From a virus (lineage: Duplodnaviria > Caudoviricetes): a stretch of DNA of 33,668 bases. A model generated the notes under the pieces. The model ran no database searches and was not told where the DNA came from. It saw only the letters and a program-made list of their open reading frames with translations. The DNA lies in the IMG/VR virus record IMGVR_UViG_3300010384_000118, positions 1-33,668 of that record, one strand, 5' to 3'. Positions 1 to 7,435 of this stretch are shown here, piece after piece. A program made the position numbers and the translations under genes. How positions within the stretch are numbered: the first letter of the stretch is position 1; every line of letters starts with the position of its first letter.

Positions 1-1125
1 ATGTCTAGGAAGCCTTTGGAGTTCGCAAATCAGCCCGTTTTTGGTAAATCCGAGCGCGGGGATGCTAAAACACAATATATAGGTGTGCTTGAAGCGTCTG
101 AGATGCTGAAAAAGTCACAAAACACAATCATCAACATGTGTAAAGATGGTCGTTTGACAGCTGTACCAACGTCTTACGGTAGAAAAACAAGTTATATGGT
201 AAGTATAGCGTCTGTTTTCGCTATGCAAGAGCTGTTAAAAGAGAAGACTACATTGAAGATTTACAGAAAATCCCCTAGTACAGCTTACAAACACAAGGAT
301 CTTATCGCAACCTACATGAGGTTCTGTGAGCAGGGAATGATCTCTGGTAGACCACATGCAGCCTCTACAATGAAGAATAACAGATACTTCCTTAAGAAGT
401 TCTTATCCAAGTATGAGTTTGCAAGCTATGAGTCTGTAAGGGCTGAACTACTAGAGATTCCTGTTGATATGTTTGCAAAGCGTGAAAAGACTTGGGTTGT
501 AGTTCTTGGATTCTGTAAATGGTTGGCTGAGGAAGGATATGGAGATCCTGAAACTGTTCAAAAGATGATGAAACTTAAGCCAAGACGACATAAACCAGCT
601 AAACAGCTTGCTCTCTCTGAGGAAGAGATTGATTTGATGGAAAAAGCCTGTAAAAATGCTTTTGAAAGAGCTATTGTCATGTTGCTTTCACAGACTGGAG
701 CTAGATCTTCAGAGTTTTGTTCCTGGACAATGCAGAATGTGAACCTTGAAACTCGGGAAGTGAAATTCAGAGGTAAGGGCAACAAGGATAGATGGGTCGG
801 TCTTACTGATAAAGCCTATGAAGCCTTGAAAAACTACCTTGAGTTGAATCCTCCAATCAATGATACAGAGGCTATCTTCAGAGGTAAAGATGGGAAACAG
901 CTAAAACCAGATGGTTTAGGATATAGAGTTCGTGATATTGCCTCAAGAGTTAATATTCATGCCCATCCACATGCTATGAGACGCTCATTCGTAACGATTA
1001 ACGTCACTAAAGGTCGTAACTTGATTGATATACAGCTGGCTTGTGGTCATAGTGACTTGAAAGTTACTCGTGGATACATCCGTATTGAACAACAAGAGAC
1101 TGTAAACCGGATGAAGAATTGGTAG
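1..1125 (+). CDS. int: Tyrosine recombinase/integrase with N-terminal excisionase-like HTH
   Basis: Complete catalytic set: TGARSSE (R), GKGNK (K), HAMRR (HxxR), GHSD (H), RGY (Y). N-terminal YIGVLEASEMLKKSQNTIINMCKDGRLTA resembles an Xis/MerR-type HTH. Confidence 0.93.
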   Translation: MSRKPLEFANQPVFGKSERGDAKTQYIGVLEASEMLKKSQNTIINMCKDGRLTAVPTSYGRKTSYMVSIASVFAMQELLKEKTTLKIYRKSPSTAYKHKDLIATYMRFCEQGMISGRPHAASTMKNNRYFLKKFLSKYEFASYESVRAELLEIPVDMFAKREKTWVVVLGFCKWLAEEGYGDPETVQKMMKLKPRRHKPAKQLALSEEEIDLMEKACKNAFERAIVMLLSQTGARSSEFCSWTMQNVNLETREVKFRGKGNKDRWVGLTDKAYEALKNYLELNPPINDTEAIFRGKDGKQLKPDGLGYRVRDIASRVNIHAHPHAMRRSFVTINVTKGRNLIDIQLACGHSDLKVTRGYIRIEQQETVNRMKNW

Positions 1126-1149
1126 AATAAGTCTTCATAAGTTGGTTGC

Positions 1150-1191
1150 AAAATGGAAGAGCCTAGTCGTTAGACCAAGCTCTTCCATTTT
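1150..1191. terminator. Bidirectional intrinsic terminator between int and the convergent ORF
   Basis: AAAATGGAAGAGC...GCTCTTCCATTTT, perfect 13-bp arms with A/T tails on both sides. Confidence 0.8.
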
Positions 1192-1393
1192 AGTATGAAT
1201 CAACAGAGGCTAACACTTCTTTTGCTAATTCTTCAATCAAATTGGACGCTTTTCCAATCCTGTTTAATTTTTCAATATCTTCCTCAAGCAATTTGCAGCC
1301 ATGAAAACATGTAACAGAGTCGTGGATCTGATTAGCGGAAGCAATGATGTCTTCACAATGATCACTGTAGACCTCTTTAGTTGGTTTGGTCAT
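1190..1393 (-). CDS. Small hypothetical protein (67 aa, MTKPTKE...)
   Basis: The ORF track starts at 1429, but the ATG at 1393 has a good SD (AGAGGAGA). Ends at the terminator. Confidence 0.6.
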   Translation of the reverse strand: MTKPTKEVYSDHCEDIIASANQIHDSVTCFHGCKLLEEDIEKLNRIGKASNLIEELAKEVLASVDSY

Positions 1394-1680
1394 CTCTGAA
1401 TCTCCTCTATAGCTGCCCAATAAACTCATTATACTAAAACATCTTAATCACAAAAACCAAACTATCCGATTTTTCAAAAATTAAGTATAAAACACCAGTA
1501 ACCTTAACAACGTGTCGTAACTACCCAAACTTTTTTAAAATAACCGGAATTTTTGCAGCTTTTTTAAGATACAGATGAAGAAAATTTTCGCGGAATAAAA
1601 ATCAATTTCTTTACTATCCAACTTTTACTACAGATTCTTCTAGCAAACTCTCTACTGAAACCAATATGTCTAATCAACAG

Positions 1681-2105
1681 GACTTTGGACAACGAAGTTG
1701 TTCTAAGTCTCTGGAAACTTTCAAGTCTTATTGCTTTCATTTCTCAACGTCTAAACGTTTAAAAAACTTTTAAATTAAAACTAAATTCCTTCTCTACTTT
1801 CCCTTTGGGAAATAGAGATCTAAGGAATTATAAAAGACTCCCTCCTAAAGGGGTCTTATATTTAAAATTAATATATATATACTCTAAGTATATATATATC
1901 TTTAACAGGCTCATCTTAAGTAAAATCCAGTTTTTTACTTAACGAAGCTATCTTAAGCAAATCGCACTTAAAGACAACTCATCCATTTCCGCGTCCAAAA
2001 CACCCAAAATCCACCTCATTTTCTCCCATTTTCATCGATTCCACCAAACTGCCGTATTTCCCACTTAAGATACTGATCTTAAATAAGTGATTTTACTTAA
2101 GATAC
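1681..2105. other. Candidate replication origin / regulatory region (hairpin cluster, AT palindrome, CTTAAG repeats)
   Basis: Non-coding. Hairpins at 1681-1709, 1784-1829 and 1834-1857; AT palindrome at 1871-1899; 15-bp inverted repeat 1913-1927/2089-2103; direct repeat ACTTAAGATAC at 2063 and 2095. Confidence 0.5.
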
Positions 2106-2157
2106 CCACATTGGCAAATTGGCTATATAATTATTGGTATAAAAGAGGCTAAAAATT

Positions 2158-2637
2158 ATGAAAAAACCATCACTTATGGTGCCATTGAAATTCTGTGAAT
2201 TTTTTGATTCTGCTGATTTAACCTTAAACGAAAAAATCACTTTGGCACATGGATTCATCACTCAACGTGAAAAAGTCCTAATCAATGCTCAATACACAAA
2301 TGCACAATTTGAATGGTCGAGTATCAAGAAGCTCTTTGGCAAAGCTGGTTATAAAACCTTAAGCGAGAAGGGTTACTTGGAACGAATCAACAAAAGCTTT
2401 GTGAAACTCACTGATGCAAATTATAACGAGTTGAACAAGGCATTAGATGAAACCAGCAAAACGGATAATTCCTCTGTTGAGCTTGTTGCATGGTTAGAAA
2501 GTAAGGTGACAGTAGATGATATGTTACCAACTTTTGATGAGAAAGGATTCTTGGCTTTATACGATGATGTTAAAGCATTGAAAGCACAAGTAAAAACGCT
2601 ACAAGGTGAAGTAGAAAGGCTGAGAGGGGACGCTTAA
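2158..2637 (+). CDS. Putative winged-helix DNA-binding protein (initiator or regulator candidate) with C-terminal coiled coil
   Basis: SD AGAGG. LTLNEKITLA...LSEKGYLER resembles wHTH N-termini of phage initiators. Heptad tail VKALKAQVKTLQGEVERL. Confidence 0.45.
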   Translation: MKKPSLMVPLKFCEFFDSADLTLNEKITLAHGFITQREKVLINAQYTNAQFEWSSIKKLFGKAGYKTLSEKGYLERINKSFVKLTDANYNELNKALDETSKTDNSSVELVAWLESKVTVDDMLPTFDEKGFLALYDDVKALKAQVKTLQGEVERLRGDA

Positions 2638-3029
2638 TGTCTGGATATGATTATGACGGGTTTAATAAAAAGAAAAATGATGACATTACCCAAAGTGATC
2701 TTAATAATTTAGGTCACTTTACAGAAGAGGAGTATCATCAGACTTATGAACGATTAGAGAGGCTTTGGGCAGAGGAAGATGAACTCATAAAGAATAACAA
2801 AGAGCTTTCACATGAGGAAATAAGAAAAATATTAAGAGACAAATACGGTTTAGGCAAGGCTGATCAGACAAAACTTTATAGTGCTATAAGTGAGATGAGA
2901 AAAGATCAGCAAGGTGAAGAGAATCCTGTCATTTATCCATTTAATAAATTGCAATTTGATAAAGAGGCAATGGAGAGGGTTAGAAAAGGCGTTCTAGTAG
3001 CAAAAGAAAAACTAAGAGGGTTTAGATAA
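2637..3029 (+). CDS. Hypothetical protein, charged and helical
   Basis: TAATG stop-start overlap with the upstream gene, SD GAGGGG. Confidence 0.7.
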   Translation: MSGYDYDGFNKKKNDDITQSDLNNLGHFTEEEYHQTYERLERLWAEEDELIKNNKELSHEEIRKILRDKYGLGKADQTKLYSAISEMRKDQQGEENPVIYPFNKLQFDKEAMERVRKGVLVAKEKLRGFR

Positions 3030-3033
3030 AAAA

Positions 3034-3435
3034 ATGGTAAATATCACACTATGTAAGAACGAGGAAGACTTTTTATCCAATGAACCAAGGCGTTTGACTA
3101 TCTCTGACCTTACGCCGATTCCTGGGGTTTCCCGTCTATCTGCTGAATATTGGTTATCTATGTCCTGTAAACTAATGCTGCGGAACAAAGGCATTGAGTT
3201 TACTGATGAAGCAATCAAAGTCTTGGTTTTAGACTCTTGGCCTAAGTTTCATGTTTCACAGTTGGATGCGTTTATCCTCATCTTCAGGCAAGTTGAGGCA
3301 TTAAAAGGCATATGGATTTCGCAAAATAAAGAGATTCTTCAGCCTAAAGCACCTAATGTCCAAAAAGCTCTGATAGGTGAGTTGAAAGAGCATCTTGAGG
3401 CCATGATGGGAATTGTTAGGGAGTTGGAGTCGTAG
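3034..3435 (+). CDS. Hypothetical protein
   Basis: Starts 4 nt after the upstream stop, SD GAGGG, 133 aa. Confidence 0.7.
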   Translation: MVNITLCKNEEDFLSNEPRRLTISDLTPIPGVSRLSAEYWLSMSCKLMLRNKGIEFTDEAIKVLVLDSWPKFHVSQLDAFILIFRQVEALKGIWISQNKEILQPKAPNVQKALIGELKEHLEAMMGIVRELES

Positions 3436-3436
3436 A

Positions 3437-3952
3437 CTAATACTCGTCCTTAAATAACTCTTCCTCACCATATAATTGTTCCATTTCCTCTGGTAAAAGC
3501 TGCTCTCTTAATTCTTTAAACCCAAATCCACCTTTGATGGAATTCTGCATGTATGACCGTATCTTTTCTTGAATATCATCAAAGAGTTCAGAATTAAGAG
3601 ATGTAATAGAGGACTGTGATTCAGCTTTTATCAAGGTTTCATTCGTTTTTATGCGAGCTGGAAGTTGTGTAGCGACATGCCAATAATGGGCAGTTCCATC
3701 ATAAGCAGCAATTATGAGCATAGGCCCACTATAATAAGTCTGAATCCAGAAGAATCCAAGAGTATCAACTTGACTTGGTATGTTTCTAGTGCGATCTAAG
3801 AAAAATAGTAGATCTTTGAGATCTGGAAGTGTATTGAAGTCTTCACTACTCGGATAAAAGTCAATGCTGTTTATGTTTTTGTTTATTCTGAAAGAGTAGT
3901 ATTTCTTAGGCGCTAAGGTATTACCTTGTCTGCCTTTCATGTGTAGTGTCAC
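3437..3952 (-). CDS. Hypothetical protein, paralog of 3957-4397
   Basis: 171-aa ORF. Shares the YYS..., L.FL..T.N.P and H.A motifs with its neighbour. Confidence 0.7.
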   Translation of the reverse strand: MTLHMKGRQGNTLAPKKYYSFRINKNINSIDFYPSSEDFNTLPDLKDLLFFLDRTRNIPSQVDTLGFFWIQTYYSGPMLIIAAYDGTAHYWHVATQLPARIKTNETLIKAESQSSITSLNSELFDDIQEKIRSYMQNSIKGGFGFKELREQLLPEEMEQLYGEEELFKDEY

Positions 3953-3956
3953 TACT

Positions 3957-4397
3957 CTACTTCCATAAAGATGGTACTTTTTTGAAGTTTATTAAATCTG
4001 TCGCAGCAACGGCGTTGTCAACTTGTCTAAGATAATGTTCGGCCATAGCTGTAGCATCATCACCTTTAAGTCTACCAAGCTGTTTTTCAATACTCTTTAT
4101 TCTGTAGTCATTTTTGACAGAGATGGCTAAGTGAAAAATTGTATTACCAGTTTTAGGATGTGTGGAAACTATTTGCATCCAAGAACCACCAGCAGGAAGA
4201 TGGAGATAATAAACCTTTATGGCATCTTTGCTCTTTGGTAAATTCTTGGTTTTTTTGAGAAAACCCATTAACTGAATTGCTGGTGGCTCAGAATATCTAT
4301 CAAGCCCTTTAAAATCAACAGTTCCGTTTGAGAGATTGTATTCTAATGAATAATAATTAAGAACAGGAAGTGGACCAATAGATAAGCCGGTCTGCAT
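3957..4397 (-). CDS. Hypothetical protein, paralog of 3437-3952
   Basis: The ATG at 4397 (MQTGLSIG) is preceded by GGAG and is preferred to the TTG at 4415. Confidence 0.7.
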   Translation of the reverse strand: MQTGLSIGPLPVLNYYSLEYNLSNGTVDFKGLDRYSEPPAIQLMGFLKKTKNLPKSKDAIKVYYLHLPAGGSWMQIVSTHPKTGNTIFHLAISVKNDYRIKSIEKQLGRLKGDDATAMAEHYLRQVDNAVAATDLINFKKVPSLWK

Positions 4398-4499
4398 TAT
4401 TGCAACTCCATACAAGTCATCTAAATACCCAAATATTATTTCATCTCACTCAAAAGTCCAACCTCTAACTAGAGGATTTTCTTATTCTATTACCGATAT

Positions 4500-4679
4500 A
4501 TGGGAACTAACCTTTCATCAGAGGCACTAGCACTTCTCTCACAAATCCAAATCAACCAACATCTTGAAATGTCATGGGAAACATACCAACTTTATCTTGC
4601 TGAACTTTGCCAACTCATTGAGGCAAGAAAAGTTGAACGCATAATATCTGAAAATGGCGTGAAAATCAGCCTTTTATAG
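4500..4679 (+). CDS. Small hypothetical protein (59 aa, MGTNLSSEALALLSQ...KISLL), not in the ORF track
   Basis: Hand-translated open frame from ATG 4500 to TAG 4679 with protein-like composition. No well-spaced SD. Confidence 0.4.
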   Translation: MGTNLSSEALALLSQIQINQHLEMSWETYQLYLAELCQLIEARKVERIISENGVKISLL

Positions 4680-4806
4680 CTTTCTTTTCTTTTTCTACTT
4701 TTAGCTTGTGTATCTCTCTAAGAACCACTACAAACTTGTTTTCTGGTTCTTTAAATTCATCCCTAGAATATGTTTCATGGATCTCATAAGGGAAAAGTTC
4801 AAACAT
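4666..4806 (-). CDS. Small hypothetical protein (46 aa, MFELFPYEIHE...KAIKG), not in the ORF track
   Basis: Hand-translated. Strong SD AGAGGT upstream of ATG 4806. Confidence 0.55.
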   Translation of the reverse strand: MFELFPYEIHETYSRDEFKEPENKFVVVLREIHKLKVEKEKKAIKG

Positions 4807-4871
4807 AATCTACCTCTTTGCTTGCTATTATCAAAATAGTGCAAGGTTACTGCCTCTTCTTTGCATGAGAT

Positions 4872-4903
4872 AGGGAGATTCGTATGAGTCTCTCTTTTCT
4901 TTT
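4872..4903 (+). terminator. Intrinsic terminator, possibly the 3' end of a small RNA
   Basis: AGGGAGATTC-GTAT-GAGTCTCTCT forms a 10-bp stem with two G-U pairs, followed by TTTCTTTT. Confidence 0.65.
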
Positions 4904-4915
4904 AATCCTATTAAT
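4903..4915 (+). promoter_or_regulatory. Phage promoter-like motif class A, TAATCCTATTAAT
   Basis: The same 13-mer lies on the coding strand upstream of genes at 27632-27644 and 32143-32155, and with one mismatch at 31349-31361. Confidence 0.6.
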
Positions 4916-4941
4916 TACTTAGAAGAAACAAGAGGTAGTAC

Positions 4942-5256
4942 GTGTTTAACTTCTTCAAAAACAAAGAGACTGATGTTCCAGTTTTCCAACCGGGAAAAGT
5001 GATTCCACTCCCTAGCCTAGATTCAGAGATAACAAAGCTTTTGGAGGCTTATAAAAATTCATCCTTTAGCTCACAAAATTCACTAGTTGATATTATCTTG
5101 CACCATATCAGTGAGCCTTACAAACAAGGTAATCCTGAACAACTTAGAAAAATCATCAGAACCAAGATTGAATCATTTGTTGAAATAGATAGCTATGTTC
5201 GTTCTCTTTCTGTCCAACCACAAGAACCAAAACGTAGAGGCAAAAAACGTGTATAA
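4942..5256 (+). CDS. Hypothetical protein
   Basis: GTG start with SD AGAGGT, 104 aa, basic C-terminus. Confidence 0.7.
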   Translation: MFNFFKNKETDVPVFQPGKVIPLPSLDSEITKLLEAYKNSSFSSQNSLVDIILHHISEPYKQGNPEQLRKIIRTKIESFVEIDSYVRSLSVQPQEPKRRGKKRV

Positions 5257-5557
5257 ATTTGACATTAACTCTCTAAAACTAGCTGGGGATAAGCTTTTAT
5301 TGATTGAGGATACTCCCCCTACCTCAACTATCATTGTTGCTGGGGAGCAAAAAAAGACAAAGAATCACACCTATTCTGCATTTGTACATCTTGTAGGAAA
5401 TGATGCCACAGCCCAGGTTGGAGATCGTGTGTTCTTTACTGGTGATGCTGTAGAACATGCAGGTGTTCTCATGTCTATCAATAATCAACAATATTTCTTA
5501 CTCCCACAAGGCTATTGCATTGCAGTTTTACCATCTAACATTAAGGACATCTACTAA
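5249..5557 (+). CDS. GroES-like co-chaperonin (phage-encoded)
   Basis: LKLAGDKLLL...IIV...VHLVG...VGDRVFF...GVLMSINNQQYFLL...IAVL follows the GroES pattern. The GTG at 5249 has SD AGAGG and is preferred to 5195. Confidence 0.75.
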   Translation: MYKFDINSLKLAGDKLLLIEDTPPTSTIIVAGEQKKTKNHTYSAFVHLVGNDATAQVGDRVFFTGDAVEHAGVLMSINNQQYFLLPQGYCIAVLPSNIKDIY

Positions 5558-5799
5558 TGAGTAATCCAGTTGACACACTTTTCTCTTTTATCAAAACCTC
5601 TGTAAGTCATATTCATCATGGAATGGGTGCTGATAGCTTATCAGATGAGGTTAAAGCCAAGATTAATGATCTTTTTGGTTCATTTAAAGCCATTCTTGAT
5701 GATCTAGTACAGCTTAAAGAAACAGTAGAAAAGCTTTCCAAAGATGTTGAAAGTCTAAAAGCTGCATCTGGTAGGAAAAGCAGCTCTAAAGAATCCTAA
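5557..5799 (+). CDS. Hypothetical coiled-coil protein
   Basis: TAATG coupling, SD AAGGA, heptad repeat LVQLKETVEKLSKDVESLK. Confidence 0.7.
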   Translation: MSNPVDTLFSFIKTSVSHIHHGMGADSLSDEVKAKINDLFGSFKAILDDLVQLKETVEKLSKDVESLKAASGRKSSSKES

Positions 5800-5840
5800 C
5801 TATTTCATAATTGTTATCGATAACTCAAGGAATAAACCCA

Positions 5841-6089
5841 ATGTCAATGAATAATATGAACGAGTCAATGCCAGCTGAAGGAAGTCCAGTAGAGGAATCT
5901 AGTGAAAGTTCACCCGAAGCAGACTTTGAAACTCTAACTGAAGCCGCAGCTATCAAGGCAGATCCAATGCGTTTAAAGGCTGTACAAGCTTTTGCAGAAG
6001 CTCAAGGTCAACCATTACCTGATGGTGCTGTAGTTAAGAAGTCATTTAAAGAGTCTATCAAAGGTCTTGGTGCTGATCTCAGTCAGTAA
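5841..6089 (+). CDS. Small acidic hypothetical protein
   Basis: ATG 5841 with SD AAGGA. Class B motif at 5800-5813 upstream. Confidence 0.65.
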   Translation: MSMNNMNESMPAEGSPVEESSESSPEADFETLTEAAAIKADPMRLKAVQAFAEAQGQPLPDGAVVKKSFKESIKGLGADLSQ

Positions 6090-6145
6090 GGCTATTTAGA
6101 AAGTAGATAAAAATCTTTTAAAGCTCCGTTATTATAGGGATCCAT

Positions 6146-6177
6146 AAGTCCGACTTAAAACCTCGGACTTTTTCTTT
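6146..6177 (+). terminator. Intrinsic terminator of the 4942-6089 cluster
   Basis: AAGTCCGA-cttaaaacc-TCGGACTT followed by TTTCTTT. Confidence 0.7.
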
Positions 6178-6320
6178 GCTATAAAACAAGCTCATATCCT
6201 GCGAATAACAGCTCATATTCAAGCGTTTATGGGCAAAGGTAAGGGGTAGTGTAGGTTGAAGACAAAACAGCGCATAAAACAGCTAAAACCAGTGCCTCCA
6301 TTGGGTATCTAAGATTTTGT

Positions 6321-6349
6321 TTGACGGTTAAAACAAAAAATGGTAGCAT
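6321..6349 (+). promoter_or_regulatory. Sigma70-type promoter with extended -10
   Basis: TTGACG (6321-6326), 17-bp spacer, TG-n-TAGCAT (6341-6349). Confidence 0.7.
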
Positions 6350-6381
6350 TCAAGAGATACAGTTGAGGCTTATATCCCCAG

Positions 6382-6534
6382 ATGAACGCAGAACAAGCAC
6401 AAATCATCTCCGCCGCTATTCAAGGCTTCAGCACCATTCTGGGTGGTGTGATTGCCGCTTGGGCTGTCATCCATACCTCCGAAATTAAAAAAAAAACTTT
6501 TTTTATGTTAAGCAAATTTAACATAATCCACTAG
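6382..6534 (+). CDS. Small single-TM membrane peptide (50 aa, MNAEQAQIISAAIQGFSTILGGVIAAWAVIHTSEIKKK...), not in the ORF track
   Basis: Hand-translated. Lies downstream of a near-consensus promoter and has a hydrophobic helix followed by KKK. Confidence 0.55.
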   Translation: MNAEQAQIISAAIQGFSTILGGVIAAWAVIHTSEIKKKTFFMLSKFNIIH

Positions 6535-6554
6535 AAGACAATGACAAATTGAAC

Positions 6555-6830
6555 TTATTTGAATATTGAAACCATCAAATCTAAGAATGTTTTGTTTCGC
6601 TCATCAGATATTTCAATCATCTTTTTGATTTCAAGTGTTTCATCTTTTACTTCCTGAGTTCGAGTGTCTAATACCTTCTTAAGGTCATCTATTTGAGATT
6701 GTCTTTCTCTATCCCTTTTGAACATTTCCCAAACTATCCAAGCCATTGTTGCGGTTGGTGCAAAGAGAAGTAGACCTAGAAAACCTAAAGCTGTTGGGTT
6801 ACTGAGAATTGCGGTTATCAGTGGTAGCAT
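6555..6830 (-). CDS. Holin-like membrane protein
   Basis: N-terminal hydrophobic segment, charged coiled-coil tail, last gene of the tail module. Confidence 0.5.
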   Translation of the reverse strand: MLPLITAILSNPTALGFLGLLLFAPTATMAWIVWEMFKRDRERQSQIDDLKKVLDTRTQEVKDETLEIKKMIEISDERNKTFLDLMVSIFK

Positions 6831-6945
6831 TTGTCTCTCTCTCGTTCCAGTCTTGTTGAAGCTGTAGCAATTTGAACTTTACTTCTTTATCGACAAGAAT
6901 CTGAATAACTTTAGCTGCTTCCTCTTTCTGCTTTTTATTGGACAT
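6799..6945 (-). CDS. Small hypothetical protein (48 aa, MSNKKQKEEAAKVIQILVD...), not in the ORF track
   Basis: Hand-translated. Fills the gap between the chaperone and the holin-like gene and overlaps both. Confidence 0.5.
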   Translation of the reverse strand: MSNKKQKEEAAKVIQILVDKEVKFKLLQLQQDWNERETNATTDNRNSQ

Positions 6946-7435
6946 TGTTGTTACCTGTAATGAAGTTCCAGAGCCTTGTCCACCAACTAGTTGCAGTTGT
7001 AGATGGGTTAGAGTTTTCAGCTGCTATAAAGTCTGTAGGAACTGAATCTTTAATTGGTTCCTCAAGAAGAGTGAGCATTTGTTCTTTGATAGGTAACAGT
7101 TCTGAATCAACTGAAACAGAAGTAATGATAAAACCAGCAGCCTCATAGTCACCCTTTTGTAATGCTTCATTGACTGCGTTTCTAACTCCATAAAAAGCAG
7201 CTCTAGCATTAACAGGTAGGCCATCAAACATTAAAGCAAGTTGTTCAATTGGTGTTGGAGGCTCATCTACTGGTTGATGAAAGTCCGTTCCATCGAAAGT
7301 CCATTTCTCAACAATTCCTTCAATCCCTGTTGCATCAACAAATTGTTGCGCCACATCAGGATGAAATGGAGGAAGTTCATCAGCAATGATGATTTCTCTA
7401 ACTATCCCATTCTCTACTCTAACAAAGGTTTTCAT
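6935..7435 (-). CDS. Tail fibre assembly/chaperone-like protein
   Basis: MKTFVRVENGIVREIII...WTFDGTDF N-terminus is typical of genes following glycine-rich fibre tips. TAATG-coupled to the fibre gene. Confidence 0.6.
   Translation of the reverse strand: MKTFVRVENGIVREIIIADELPPFHPDVAQQFVDATGIEGIVEKWTFDGTDFHQPVDEPPTPIEQLALMFDGLPVNARAAFYGVRNAVNEALQKGDYEAAGFIITSVSVDSELLPIKEQMLTLLEEPIKDSVPTDFIAAENSNPSTTATSWWTRLWNFITGNNNVQ

Noticed and set aside
1126-2157. tRNA gene or attP/attL core near the integrase
   Set aside because: No cloverleaf or T-loop consensus seen, and no matching direct repeat found at the other end of the window. The att site cannot be placed from this sequence alone.
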